From: Felis catus
Lineage: Eukaryota
Direction of reading: 5' to 3'
DNA length: 60,000 nt
Assembly: GCF_018350175.1 (NCBI RefSeq)
Contig: NC_058369.1
Span: 870,001-930,000 of the forward strand
Position 1 is the stretch's first letter. Every line of letters starts with the position of its first letter. A program made the translations under genes and the position numbers. Below the pieces are notes generated by a model that saw only the letters and a program-made list of their open reading frames with translations, searched no databases and was not told where the DNA came from. Shown here piece after piece: positions 31,005-42,250 of this stretch.

Positions 31005-31465
31005 GTACTGTTTCCCGTGGCTGCTGTAACATTGCCACAAAGCGAGTGAGAGGCATTTGCTCCTCACGGCTGGCTCCTTCCGGAGGCTCTAGGGAAGGTC
31101 ATCTGTGCCTCTTCCAGCGTCTGGGGCCCCAGGCGTCCCTGGCTCAACTTCACATGGCTCCTTTTTTTAAACATCATTTGAGAGAGAGACAGAGAGAGAG
31201 AGAGAGGGAGAGACAGAATCCCAAGCAGGCTCTGCACTGTCAGCACAGAGCCCGATGCGGGGCTCGAACTCACCAACCGTGAGACCATGACCTGAGCTGA
31301 GATCAGGAGTCGGGCGCTTAACCGAGCAGGGGCCCCCGTATGCATGTCCTTTATAAGGATGCTCGTCCTGAGACTTGGGGTCCGCCTTAATTCAGGGGGA
31401 GACTCAGTTATATCTGCAAAGATCCTTTATCCAAATACGGTCCATTCACAGGTTCCAGGGCCATG
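31005..31465 (-). mobile_element. MLT1 LTR interrupted by a CAN-SINE (about 31160-31337)
   Basis: gtttcccgtggctgctgtaac...ctctagggaagg...tatctgcaaagatcctttatccaaata. Confidence 0.7.
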
Positions 31466-32479
31466 ACTCAACCAGTTCAGCCGCGATCCTCACCAGAGCC
31501 GAGAGCGTGGAGAACCCGTTTCACACATGGGGGAAACTCCAGGCAGAGTGAACCGGAGCCCCAGGTGTGTGTGGCTGTTCGAGACCCACCGCGGGCCCTG
31601 CAGCCCCGGGTGCCGCTGGTCAGCTGGAGGGGCTGACGCGGCCACCACTCCCTGGGGACCCGCCCACGGGGTTCCCCGTCCATCTGCCCCTCCTGTTGTC
31701 CCACCTGTCTTCCGGAGCCCCCCGCCGCCTCCTGGAAGCCCTCCAGGTGGCTCCACCACGCCTTCCTAGCTTTCCTAGCAGGCTCTGTTCTGCAGGCCCC
31801 TCCTCACCGCCCACTGAAGCCCGTGGGCCCCTGGCTCCCAGGCTTGTCTCCAGAGCAGTCCTGGGCCCTCCCTGTCACCGTGTCCCATGCCTCCTACCCC
31901 ACCCTCCACTCACTCCCGAGCATTCTTCCTCTCCTTGGGAACTCTGGTGGCACCCGCTGACTGCAGACGGCCCAACCCATGGTCCCACAGTCCTGACTCC
32001 GGGCCAGAGTCAGTCATCTAGTGGCCCCCTTGCTCCCCACGAGACCTGGAGGGTGAGGGATGGCTTGTGCGGCTACAACTCAGACATCCTTTGGGGCTGG
32101 GAGGTGTTAGAACCCATGCTGCGAGTGGGGCTCCCAACCTGTCTCTCCTTCTGCAAAATGGGCTGGGAGACCCCCCCGCACCCCTCCCTCCACAGCAGCC
32201 AAAGCTGGTCCCATGGTCAGCTGTCCCCTGGAACGTGGGGACCCTGAACCTCAGGAAAGGGGGACCTGGCTGGACCACCTTCTCCGCAGACCCGACGCTC
32301 CCGTCTGGAAGCAGACACGGGGCCCGGCTTCTGGAAGAGCGTGGCTTGGACATGGGGTATCCTGAGTCCAGATGCCTTTATCTGGAAGATTAGGGGGTGA
32401 AGGGGCCGGATCTGAGCACCCCCTCCCCCAACCCTCCCCCCCACGCCCACCTGCCCCACACCACGCCAAGGGCTCACAG

Positions 32480-33293
32480 GTAGCAAAAGGGCTTTATTAA
32501 GAAGGCTTTAAAGTCAAAAAATAAAACTCTTGATACAATTTTCTGAACCCTTAAGTCAGCTCAGCAAATATATAATCAGTAATTTAGCTGCAGAAGATGA
32601 AAGGTCCGTTACTTTATTTAAAATAAAATATATTTTAGTTCTTAAAATTTATTCCATAAAGTACATATTTCCCTATAAATTCCCTACATATACACAAGAG
32701 GTAAAAAGTAAAAGTTTAAAAAAAACACAATTTAAAAAAATTTAAAAACTGACAACAGAAACCACAGCAGAAGGGTATTAATAATTAAAAACACAAAGTT
32801 AGAAATTTCTGGTTGGGACCCTCCCCACCCCCCCCACCCTTCCAGCCTGTCCCCCCGCTGACGTACAAAAGGGTAACTGGTGAGCCCCCCACAGGGAGTA
32901 AAAACGTCGCATTGTCCTCCTAGGGGCCTCTGCGGAGGCCGAGGCCGCCTCCCAGGCCACAGCAGGTCCTGTCTGAAATCCGACAAGTCCCAAAGGACAA
33001 CCGGGAGTTGTAAAAATCGGGTGTGTGTGTGTGTCTGTGTATATATATATATTTTTTTTATCTTCGTAAAAAGATCACCCTGGGGGCCGGGGAGTCTTTA
33101 GAAAGTGCAGGCAGACCTTTTCTCTCTGGTTTATTTCAACCTGTCGACTCAATACTGTTTATTGGTTAAGAACTGTGGTGCCGTCGGGCGGCCGTCTCCA
33201 CGCCTGGGACCGAGTTAAAGCTCGTCTGCGATCGCTGGCCGCGCCGCCCCCGCCGCCCCCGCGCCCGCCGCCCCCCACCCCTGCCCCGGGCCG
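32480..33293 (-). other. MEX3D AU-rich 3' UTR with poly(A) signals
   Basis: Sharp AT-rich block in GC-rich DNA; minus-strand AATAAA at 32493-32498, 32613-32618 and 33158-33163; (GT)n(AT)n at about 33020-33052. Confidence 0.8.
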
Positions 33294-34678
33294 CTAGGAA
33301 AAGATATGAATGGCCTGGGTGGCGGGCGTGCGGCAGGCGGGGCACTCGGGCTCGCTCTTGCCGCAGATGCGGACGGCGCAGTCCATGCAGAAGAGGTTGT
33401 GGCCGCAGGGCACCAGCGCGGCCATCACCTCGCCCTCGGCGCACACCACGCACTCGCGCGCCAGGGCCGGGGCGGGGGCGGCCGGGGGCTTGCGGCCGCC
33501 CTCGGAGGGGCTGGAGTCCAGGGGGGGACACGCCGCGGCCGCGGCGGCGCCGCCAGGCAACGAGGTGGCGGCGGGGAAGGCCGGCAGCGAGCCCGGCGCC
33601 GGCCGCCAGGCCAGGGCGCCCACCGGGTCCGCGGCGCCGCCGCGGCGGGCCAGCGGGAGCTCCAGGCCCAGGGCCGCGGGCTCGGGCAGCGTGGGCGAGT
33701 GGCGCGGCGAGCCGGTCCCGCTGCTGCGCCGGGCGCCCGGCGCGGGGGGCGCGGGGGCCCCGTTGACGGCCGAGCAGCCGCTGAAGTTGGGCAGCGGCGC
33801 GGCCCGCTCGAAGGGGGCCCAGATGGTGGCCGCGGCGGGCACGGTCAGGTCCAGCGCCAGGAAGTCGAAGCCGAAGTCACAGTCCTCGGGGGCGGGCGGC
33901 CCCGAGGAGGCCCCCGGGCCGTCGCCGCCGAAGGAGAAGCCCCCGTTGCCCGAGCCGCCGCCGCCTCCGCCGCCACCGCCGCCAGCGCCGCCGGCGCCGC
34001 CGTAGGGGCTGGCGGGGCCCGCCTCGGGCACTGGCGGCCCCCCGCGGCCCCCGGCATAGAAGGCCTCGGGGCCCCCCGGCGCGCCCAGGGCCGCGTCGCC
34101 GCGGAGACCAGCCGTGGGCGCCGGGGGCCGCCGCCCCGGGTTGGGGGCCTTGGCCCAGAGGCCGGCGGCCGTCCCGAGCAGGTCCAGACACACGTCGGTG
34201 CCGTTGGCATGGAAGTCGCTGTCGGGGCCCGCGTCCGTGAAGGCGCCCGTGCGCAGCGTGATGTGCGCCTCGATCTCCTCGCGCGCCCGGTCCACGTTCT
34301 CGGGCATGCCCGTCACGGCGAACACGGGCTCCTTGTCCCGCCCCGGCGTCACGATGTAGGTGTGCGTCCGCTGCTGGATGCGCTTGATGGTGGCGCCCTT
34401 GGGCCCCACCACCAGCCCCACCACGCGGTAGGGCACGCGCACCTGGATGGTGGTCTGTCCCGGCAGGTGCGGCGGGCCCTGCGCGGCGCCCGGCAGCCCG
34501 CCCGCCTTGCTGCGCGTGGCGCGGATCACGGAGAAGTGCTCGGCGGCCGACAGGATCTCGCGTTTGGCCATCTCCACATCCTCCTTGCGGCCAGTCACGA
34601 TGAAGACGGGCTCCTCCCCGCGCACCGGCGTCTTGATGTAGGTGTTTGTCTTGGCCCGCAGAGCCTTGATCTTGCACC
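33294..34678 (-). CDS. MEX3D: MEX3D coding exon 2
   Basis: ccccag acceptor at 34681-34679; KH1 remainder, KH2, RING; TAG stop at 33294. Confidence 0.96.
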
Positions 34679-37600
34679 CTGGGGGTGGCGGTGGGGAGAG
34701 ACAGTGAGGATGGGGACCCCTCCCCAGGGCAGCCCTTGGAGGAGCAGCTGCAGGGGCCGGCCGGCGCGGTGGGGGGTGGGGGGAGGGCTGGGAGCCCCCA
34801 CCTCGCTGCCCTCTCCACCCTGGCCTTTATCCTCAGACACGCATCTCGGTTTCCCCTCTGGTCCCAGGCTGGAAGGTGGTGGCGGCTTTGGCTAGAAGGC
34901 AAGGAGGACCCCACTGCGGGTTGAACGGTGCCCCCCAAATTCACGTCTACCCGGTACGTGTGAACAGGACTGTATTTGGAAAGGTCTTTGCAGGCGTCAT
35001 TAGTTAACAGGAGGTCGCACGGGAATGGGGTTAGCCCTGAACCCAGTGACAGGTGTCCTTATAAGAGGGACACAAAGCGATTGGGACGAGGCAGCCACAG
35101 GCCCGGGCGCAGGGGACCGGCGGCCACCACCAGAAGCTAGGTGAGCAAGTTCGGGAGACGATCCCCCTCCTCCTGGAGGGAGCGTGGCCCAGCCAACACC
35201 TTGCATTCGTATGTCCGCGCTCCGTGGGGGGATTAGTTTCTATTGTTTCAAGCCACCCAGTCTGTTCTGTCAGTCCCGGGACGCTAATGCAGACCCCCGA
35301 CACGGAGTCCCCATCAACACCTGGGATTTTCTCCTGGCCAGCTGACCCCACCCCCCCCACCCCAGCCCACAGGGAGCCCAGGTCTCACTCAGTCTCTTGC
35401 ACCCTCATTCACTCCACCCGAAGGTCCTGTGGTCCCAGCCTCTGAGGGGATGATGCTCACGGACACAGCACTGCACTGTCGCAGGCCGGGCGGGGGGCCT
35501 GACACCGTGGGGGGCACCGGAGTATCGGCGTGCAGCGTGGGCTGGGAGGCCCCGGGCTGTGACGGGGTGCCTGTCCAGGCGTCTGACACCCCCACCTCCT
35601 CTCTGGGGGGGCCTTCTGAGACATCCTGAGTCTGGGTGACCCCCCCCCCCACCGGCTCTGGGCGGCAAGAGGGACACGGGGATACTGTTTCAAATACAGA
35701 GGGCGCCCCTGTGAGGATAACACTGTTGCCGACTTCTCAGGTAGAAGCTTACAAAGCTGGGGGACCAGCGCACCTGCCCTGGAAGGAATCCAAGATGCAC
35801 CAGACAGGGGGGACTGCTCGGCGCGAGGGAACCCTGGGCGGTGGCAGGGTTGTCCCAGGGGCAGCCCCACCCTGAGCCCAAGGACAGCAGGCCCGTCCAG
35901 AGCTTTGAGCAAAAGCACAGCCAAGTGAATGGGGTCGGAACCCTCCAGGGGAGGGTGGAGGGTGGGGCGTGGCTCATCCCCTGGGTCCCGGGCCCCCACC
36001 CCCGTGTCCTCCCTCAGTGGCTCACCGCCTCACTGGCGGTGAAAAACCCACCCTGACCCGGACCCGTCTCCACTTCTGTCCAGATGGTCCCCTCCCCACA
36101 TGGCGGCTGGTGGGTAAGCTTTCAAACCACACACGTTGTCAGTCCGGACCCTCTCCGGGGGCTCCGCCCGCCCTGGCCTCCCTGCCCCCACACGGCCTTT
36201 ACCCTCCTTAACAGTGTCCTCAGTGCCGCCTGCCTGCACCCCCTTCTCTGCATCCAGTCACCGCCCAGCGCCCCTTCCTCCAGGAAGCCCATACTGATCG
36301 CACCAGGGTCCCAGCACACACTTCTCAGCCTACTTCCTGAGCTCCCCCTGCTGGTGGCCTGTGAGGATCAGCGCACGGGGGTCACAGGGGCCGCTCAAAG
36401 GACCGTCCCGTGTCTGTTTCCTCACGGGTAAGAGAAGGGCACAAACTGACCCGGCGTCATGGGTCTGGGGCCACAAGGGCCACGGACTGGCAGGTACCCC
36501 CAGGCAGGTGCCCAGCCGTCACCTGCGTGTGCACGGCCAGCAGGCCCGTGCAGAGGACAGGGAACAAGGCCGGGAGAAGGGGTGGGGGGTCACCGGAGCC
36601 AGGGCGGGAGAGGAAACCGGCGTGGGGGGGGCGCCCCCTGCGCAGGGAAGCAGCCTGGTTCCCCTCACACAGAACTGGCACCCATCCTGCCCCCCCCCCA
36701 AAGGTGGCCCTGGACAGAGCCTCCAGCGGCCAAGAGGAGACGCATTTCCGCGGTGACACCATTTGAGCCAAGCCCCACCTTCGCCGAGACCCCAAGAAAT
36801 GACAGAGTTTGAGGGGGCGGTGGGGCCGCCAGGTCTGGGAAACCGAGGCCCCGAGCGTGAACCAGCCACCTTCCCGCCCTGGTGGGTACAAGCCAGTGAG
36901 GCCAGAGTGGGTGATGGCAGGGACCAAGCCTCCCGCTTGGGGGGAACCCTGGGGGCCACCACTTACGGCTGGTCCCGGGCTGAAATGCAGATTCCCGGGC
37001 CCTGCCACCAGGAAGACACCTCGGGCAGGGGCGCCCGGGGGAAAGGGGGTGACCGCCCTGAAGCTGTCTCTGCCCCACCCCAGCACCTCCCACCTCACTG
37101 CGGTTGGGCCCCCGCCCTCGTACGGGGTTGCCGAGGGTCCCCGTGCGGAGCCAGGTCCCAACCCTCATGTGACCTCATTCTGGGGTCCTGGCCACCCGTG
37201 TGCTGCCCCAGGGACCCCACACAGAGACCACAGACAGGCCGGCAGCCCCTGCAAGGAGGGCCCGAACCAGGGGAGGACTCCCAGGGTGCCCGGCAGAGGG
37301 AACCGTGGGGGCAGAGTTCGGAAGCAGGACAGCGCTGGGACACATCCTCACAATGACCAGCGCAGTGCTGTCCCCAAGGCAGGGCCCAAATGGGCTGCAG
37401 TCCTGTGGGGGGAGGCCGCGTCACCGTGGGGCGGTCTGTTTGGTGGGCGGGGGGAGCTGGCCCGTGCGGGCGACGCGGGCACGGCAGGCCAGGTCTACGC
37501 TCACCAACACCAGGAACCCCCAACCCAGAGCCAGGGGACCCCCTTCTTTCTGTGCCCCACAGCGGACACACAGAAACAGGGGGGCCTGGGCCCCAGCACA

Positions 37601-40600
37601 GCCCCGCAGCGCCCCCAACTGCCAGTAAGAACACGGAGGCCCGCAGCGCTGGGGCCGGGCTCGGGGGGGGGGGGGGGGGGGGGCGGGAGAGCAGCGGGCA
37701 AAGCAGGCTTCTCCCCACTGAGAGAGGCCAGCCCGAGCGCGCGGACCCCAGCCTGACGGCAGCAGAGACAGAGGGACCCGGTGTGGCTGAGCACCAGCTC
37801 GTCTCTGGTATCATTCACTCCTTCCTGACCCAAACCTCCAGGCAGCTGCCCACGACTTTGACCCAGCCCAGCCCAGCCCCACAGGGACACGCCCAGCAAA
37901 GATGCAAGCTAGCCGGAGGCTCTGAGGAGGACGGGGCCCAAGGTCATACCTGGGCCAAGTGGGCACCAGCCTCCCAGGTGACCTTTGCTGACAGGCTGGA
38001 GGGAGACCACCCTGACTCTGTGGAGTCTCGCTTTTCCTGCCTGTAAAGTGGGGTCGTGTCCCCCCAACCCTGGAGCCGTGGGAGGTAAAGTCCTCTCCTG
38101 GGCCCCACCTCTGTTCCCTGCGGCGCAGACCGAGCCCAAGGGACTAAGGTTCAAATCCCAGCCCTGCCGACCCGGCCTTGGCCCGTGTCTCTGTCCCCCG
38201 TGACCCGCAGCTACAGGGAACCTTCTCGGGGGGATCTCTTGAGGCTCAGCGGGGCGGGGCAGGCCGAGGCCCCCCGGCAGGCACCTTGTAGGCGCTGTAA
38301 CCTGAGGGAGGAGAGCGAACCTCGGCGTCTGTGGTCGCTTACCCTGTCCCCGGAGGGTGCGGGAACCCACTCTAAGATTGAAAACACAGCTCAGGTGAGG
38401 GCCGGGGGAAGGGTCGACCCCAAGTCTGTGCGATGCTGGCCTGGCCACTAGGGGATGGAGTGGTCCTGGGCCCGGGTCTTGAGGAGTTCAGGGCCTGCGC
38501 TGGGGAGAGCCTGAACAGTAGGAAGGGACAGGCTTCGTGTCCGGGAACCCACAAGGTGGGGGGCAGATGGGAGAGCAGAGTGGGGGGGGGGGGCAGGACT
38601 GGGGCACAGTCTTCCAGGCTGTGCTTGGCAGCTGGGCCGGAGAAGACGGCAGCCACAACTGGTCCTAGGGCTGAGAGATTCAAGGTGCCGGCCAGTCCCG
38701 AGGTCACGCTTCCCCACCGGATACCCCGCGTCCCGCTTACGGGACGTACCACACGCCAGCCTGGGGCTACGCTTACAGCCGTCCTGCTTGAGGGGCGCCA
38801 GGCGGGCTCTGTCGGTTTAGCGTCCGACTCTTGACTTCTGCTCGGGTTATGATCTCACGGCTCGTGAGTGTAAGGCCGGCACGGAGCTCTGTGCTGACAG
38901 GGCAGAGCCTGCTCGGGGTTCTCTCTCCCTCTCGACCCTTCCCCTGCTCAGGTTGGCCCGCGCGCGCTCTCTCTCTCTCTCCCTCTCTCAAGATAAACAC
39001 ATAAACTTAAGCACCAAAAGCGCTCTCTAGCTTGGGAACCCTCACAAATCCCCCGAGGGAGGTGCTGTCCCCCGACCCCAGAGAAGAGATCCCACCCGCC
39101 TCGGGTCACGGGGCGGGCCCAGTCTGCACCCTGACAGCCTGCCTTCCTGTCTGCCACCAGCAAGACCCCAAACGGACACCCAATAAACGGGTGCCAAAAC
39201 ACCACCCAGGAGGTCGGGCGGCAGCTTGGTCCCCTACAACCACAGGCATAGGTCGGGGCGCTCTCTGCTTGACTCCCAAGAACACTGGTGTGGGCTCGGC
39301 CTGTCCGGAAGGACCCCCCGGGTGCCAGGACACGCGCGTTCACGGGGAACATGCCCTCGTGCTCTGGGGCCGTGTCCCCCCAACCAGCCAGCAGATCAGC
39401 CTAGTGATTTTGGACAACAGCCCCCGGGGCTGGGTTTCCACGTCTGCCCCACCCCCCACCCCCCTAGCCCCAGCCCCGGGCAAAGCTGGTTACACCTCCC
39501 AGGACAGGTGTGGGGGACCGGGGGCCGGGAAGGGACTGCAACAGGCTGGAGTCCTGCTGTGCTGGCTCCGAGACCCTCCTGTCCCCTCCCCTACCCCCAA
39601 CTCCTGGGCCCTCACCCAGGCACGACATCTGCACGCAGAGCAGGAGGACTAACTGGGCAAACCACCCCTCCCACCGGGAACTCCCAGAGGGCAGCGTGTC
39701 AGGGGCGCCCCTACGGTCCCTCTGCCCCTGGTGGCAAGGTGACAAGTCACCGTGCGATTCAAGCCCCCCCACCCCCCCTCTGGCTCCTGTTACTGAGTCG
39801 GCGCTCCAAGGCCAGCCTGTCCTGCAGCACCATCTCAAACCCCGCCCAGACCCCACCCCACGTTCTAGAACCTGGCCTCCAAGCCGGGAGCGGGGCACAG
39901 AGAGGTGCAGGCAGGAGAGAGCTGGGGCTGGGGGCTGCCGGCTGAAAGGGTGGGTGGGCGTGTGTCCGGAGGAGCACTGCCCACCATCCTCCCGCCCGCC
40001 CGCAGCTCCAGGGCCAATGAGCGGCCGCCGGCCTGATGTCACCCTGCAAATCTCAGACTGGCTCTCTAACAAAGAGAACAATGGGGCGGCCACAGGGACT
40101 CTCTGACAATGCTGTTACCAGGACCCCCACACCCCGGGGTCTGCTGCCACGGCCTGCCAGGGGAGGGCTACGAGGCTGGACCCCAGGAGAGCTTTTACAG
40201 GTGGTCCTTAAGCATGTCCCCAAATCCCCGACTTGGGGCTGACAGTGGGGTGGGGATCCTCATCCTGTCCTCCGGCCCCACACCCCCAGCAGGGCCCCCA
40301 GGCTGGCAAGTGGAGATGTATACCCTCTTTGTACGCCCAACTTCTGTCTCGACCCTGCCTGAGCGCCCCCCCCCGCCCCGCCCCCAAGCCCCCCCCAAGC
40401 CCCAGCGAGCCCCGCCCCATGCCTGCTTTGGGTGTGGAGCGCCCACCGCCCAGCCCAGCCTCCTGGTCCTCGGATGCCACCGCTGGCGACCCGGGACCTG
40501 GGCAGAGGTGCTGCACGGAGGACCTTGACCCGGCTGGGGGCGTCCAGACAAAGGCAGCGGCGGCCGGAGCGCAGAGAGGAGGAGCGCGGGCTGCGCCCAA

Positions 40601-41397
40601 CTTTCTCGCGCGGCCCACGGCAGGACAAAGGCGCACAGGCGGCCACTGAGGCCCGGAGCCCACACGCGGGGCGTGGCCAGGGTCTGGCGTCCGGCCGCGG
40701 GCAGGGCAGGGCTGGGCAGGGCTGGGCAGGGCTGGGCAGGGGCGGCCCCCTCCCCAAGGCGAGCGGCGCGGGGACCCCGGGAAGCTGGGCGCGGCGCCCC
40801 AGACGGCGGCCACTCACCCTGGCGACCCACGATCTCGGCGACGTGCTCGGAACTGGGCACGGGCACGCACTCGGTCATGTTCACGCTCTTCTTGCGGCTG
40901 CCGATCACGTTCATCTGCTCGGCCAGCAGCGTCGAGGGGCCGAGGGCCGCGGGGTGCGGCGCGAAGCCAGCGAACACGTCGGGCGGCGACGGCCGGGGCG
41001 GCGGCGGGCTCACGTCGGGCTCCAGCAGCGGCAGCGAGCCCGGCGCCACCGCCTCGGCCACCGCGGGTGCGCCCGCCTCAGGCCCGTCGGGGGGCGCGGG
41101 CTCGGCCGCCGCCCCGCCGTCCGCGCCCCCCGCCGCCGCCGCCCCGCCGTCCCCGCCGCCCGCGGCCGCCCCCTCGTCGTCCGGGCCGCCCGCGCCCCCC
41201 AGCCCCAGCCCCGAGAGCTGGTCCAGCGCCAGGCGCAGCGCGGCGGCGGCGGCGGCAGCGGCCGCGTCGTCGGGCGCGGCCTCCTCGGCGCCCTCGGGCA
41301 GGGGCGGCGGCGGCGGCGGGGGCGGCGGGGGCGGGGGGGGCGGGCGCGGGCTGGGGTCGCCGCCGCCGCCGTCGGGCTGGCCGGTGGAGCCGGGCAT
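33294..41397 (-). CDS. MEX3D: RNA-binding E3 ligase MEX3D (two KH domains, C-terminal RING), 654 aa
   Basis: complement(join(33294-34678,40818-41397)) = 1965 nt. Contains [52 protein letters not shown] and RING CVVC...[10 protein letters not shown]...CPAC. Confidence 0.97.
34915..35292 (+). mobile_element. MLT1 LTR in MEX3D intron
   Basis: gggttgaacggtgccccccaaattcacgtc...gtccttataagag...tttcaagccacccagt. Confidence 0.75.
38790..39010 (+). mobile_element. CAN-SINE in MEX3D intron
   Basis: ggggcgcc head, (CT)n, ataaac tail. Confidence 0.85.
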
Positions 41398-41443
41398 GGC
41401 GGCGCTAGCGCTCGGGCCCGCGCCCCTGCCTCTCGGCCGCCGG

Positions 41444-41476
<33 letters not shown>

Positions 41477-41637
41477 CCGCCGCGCTCCGCCTCTGAGAGC
41501 TGGGCCGCCGGCCCCCGGCATCCAGCGGCGGGGCGGGCGCGGCGGGCGGGGCGGCGGCGCGGGGCTGCTCGGGCCGCGGGCGGCGGGGCGGCGCGACTCT
41601 GCTTGCTGCTCGGCGGCGGGGGCTCGGCGGCGGCGGC

Positions 41638-41675
<38 letters not shown>

Positions 41676-42250
41676 GGACGCTGCTTCCCTCCCGCCCGCC
41701 CGCCGCCCTCCTCCGGCCGCCGCCGCCCCGCCCCGTGACGCGCGCGCGGCCAACAATGGGGCGCCGGCAAGGCGCACGCGCGCGCGGGGCGGGGCGCGGT
41801 CACGTGGCGGGCGCGGGCGCGGGCGCGGGCGCAGGTAGGTGCCCGCGGGCCGCGGCTCCCTGCGCGCGCGGCTCCTCTCGCTGCCCAGGCCTCGCACGCG
41901 CCCGCTGCCCCCCTCCCAGCGCACGCACCAGCCCCTCCCCCAATTCCCCTCCCGACCTCGGGGGGTGCCCCGGCGGGGGGGTGCTGCCAGAGCCCGCGCC
42001 TCCGCCACGTGGGTGGTGGTGTTTCCCGACTGGGGGCGCCCTGGCCCGCGGGCTACCGAGAGCAGCCCGGTGCGCCCACCCCCAAAGTCATCGTGCGTCC
42101 GCGGCCCTTCCTGCAGCGGCCCCTCGGGTGCGGGAAGGAGCCCTCCGGCGTCTCCCCGTGCGGTTTCTCACGCTAAATGAGCTGGGGGCAGCCTCCGAGC
42201 GGACCCGGACCCGGGCTCCTGCCTGGCTGTGGAACCTCCTCTGGCGGAGG
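40500..42250 (-). promoter_or_regulatory. MEX3D CpG island, promoter and CCG-rich 5' UTR
   Basis: Extreme CpG density; CACGTG E-box 41801-41806, GC boxes, interrupted (GGC)n at about 41625-41675. Confidence 0.85.
40818..41397 (-). CDS. MEX3D: MEX3D coding exon 1
   Basis: gccgccATG; poly-Pro and poly-Ala tracts, LRLALDQL, start of KH1; G|gtgagt donor. Confidence 0.95.

Noticed and set aside
33306..34895. 529-aa plus-strand ORF
   Set aside because: Antisense shadow of the GC3-rich MEX3D exon 2.
37660..37690. Long G runs / G-quadruplex candidates (also about 1685, 21668, 26224)
   Set aside because: Ubiquitous in this isochore, and homopolymer lengths are unreliable.
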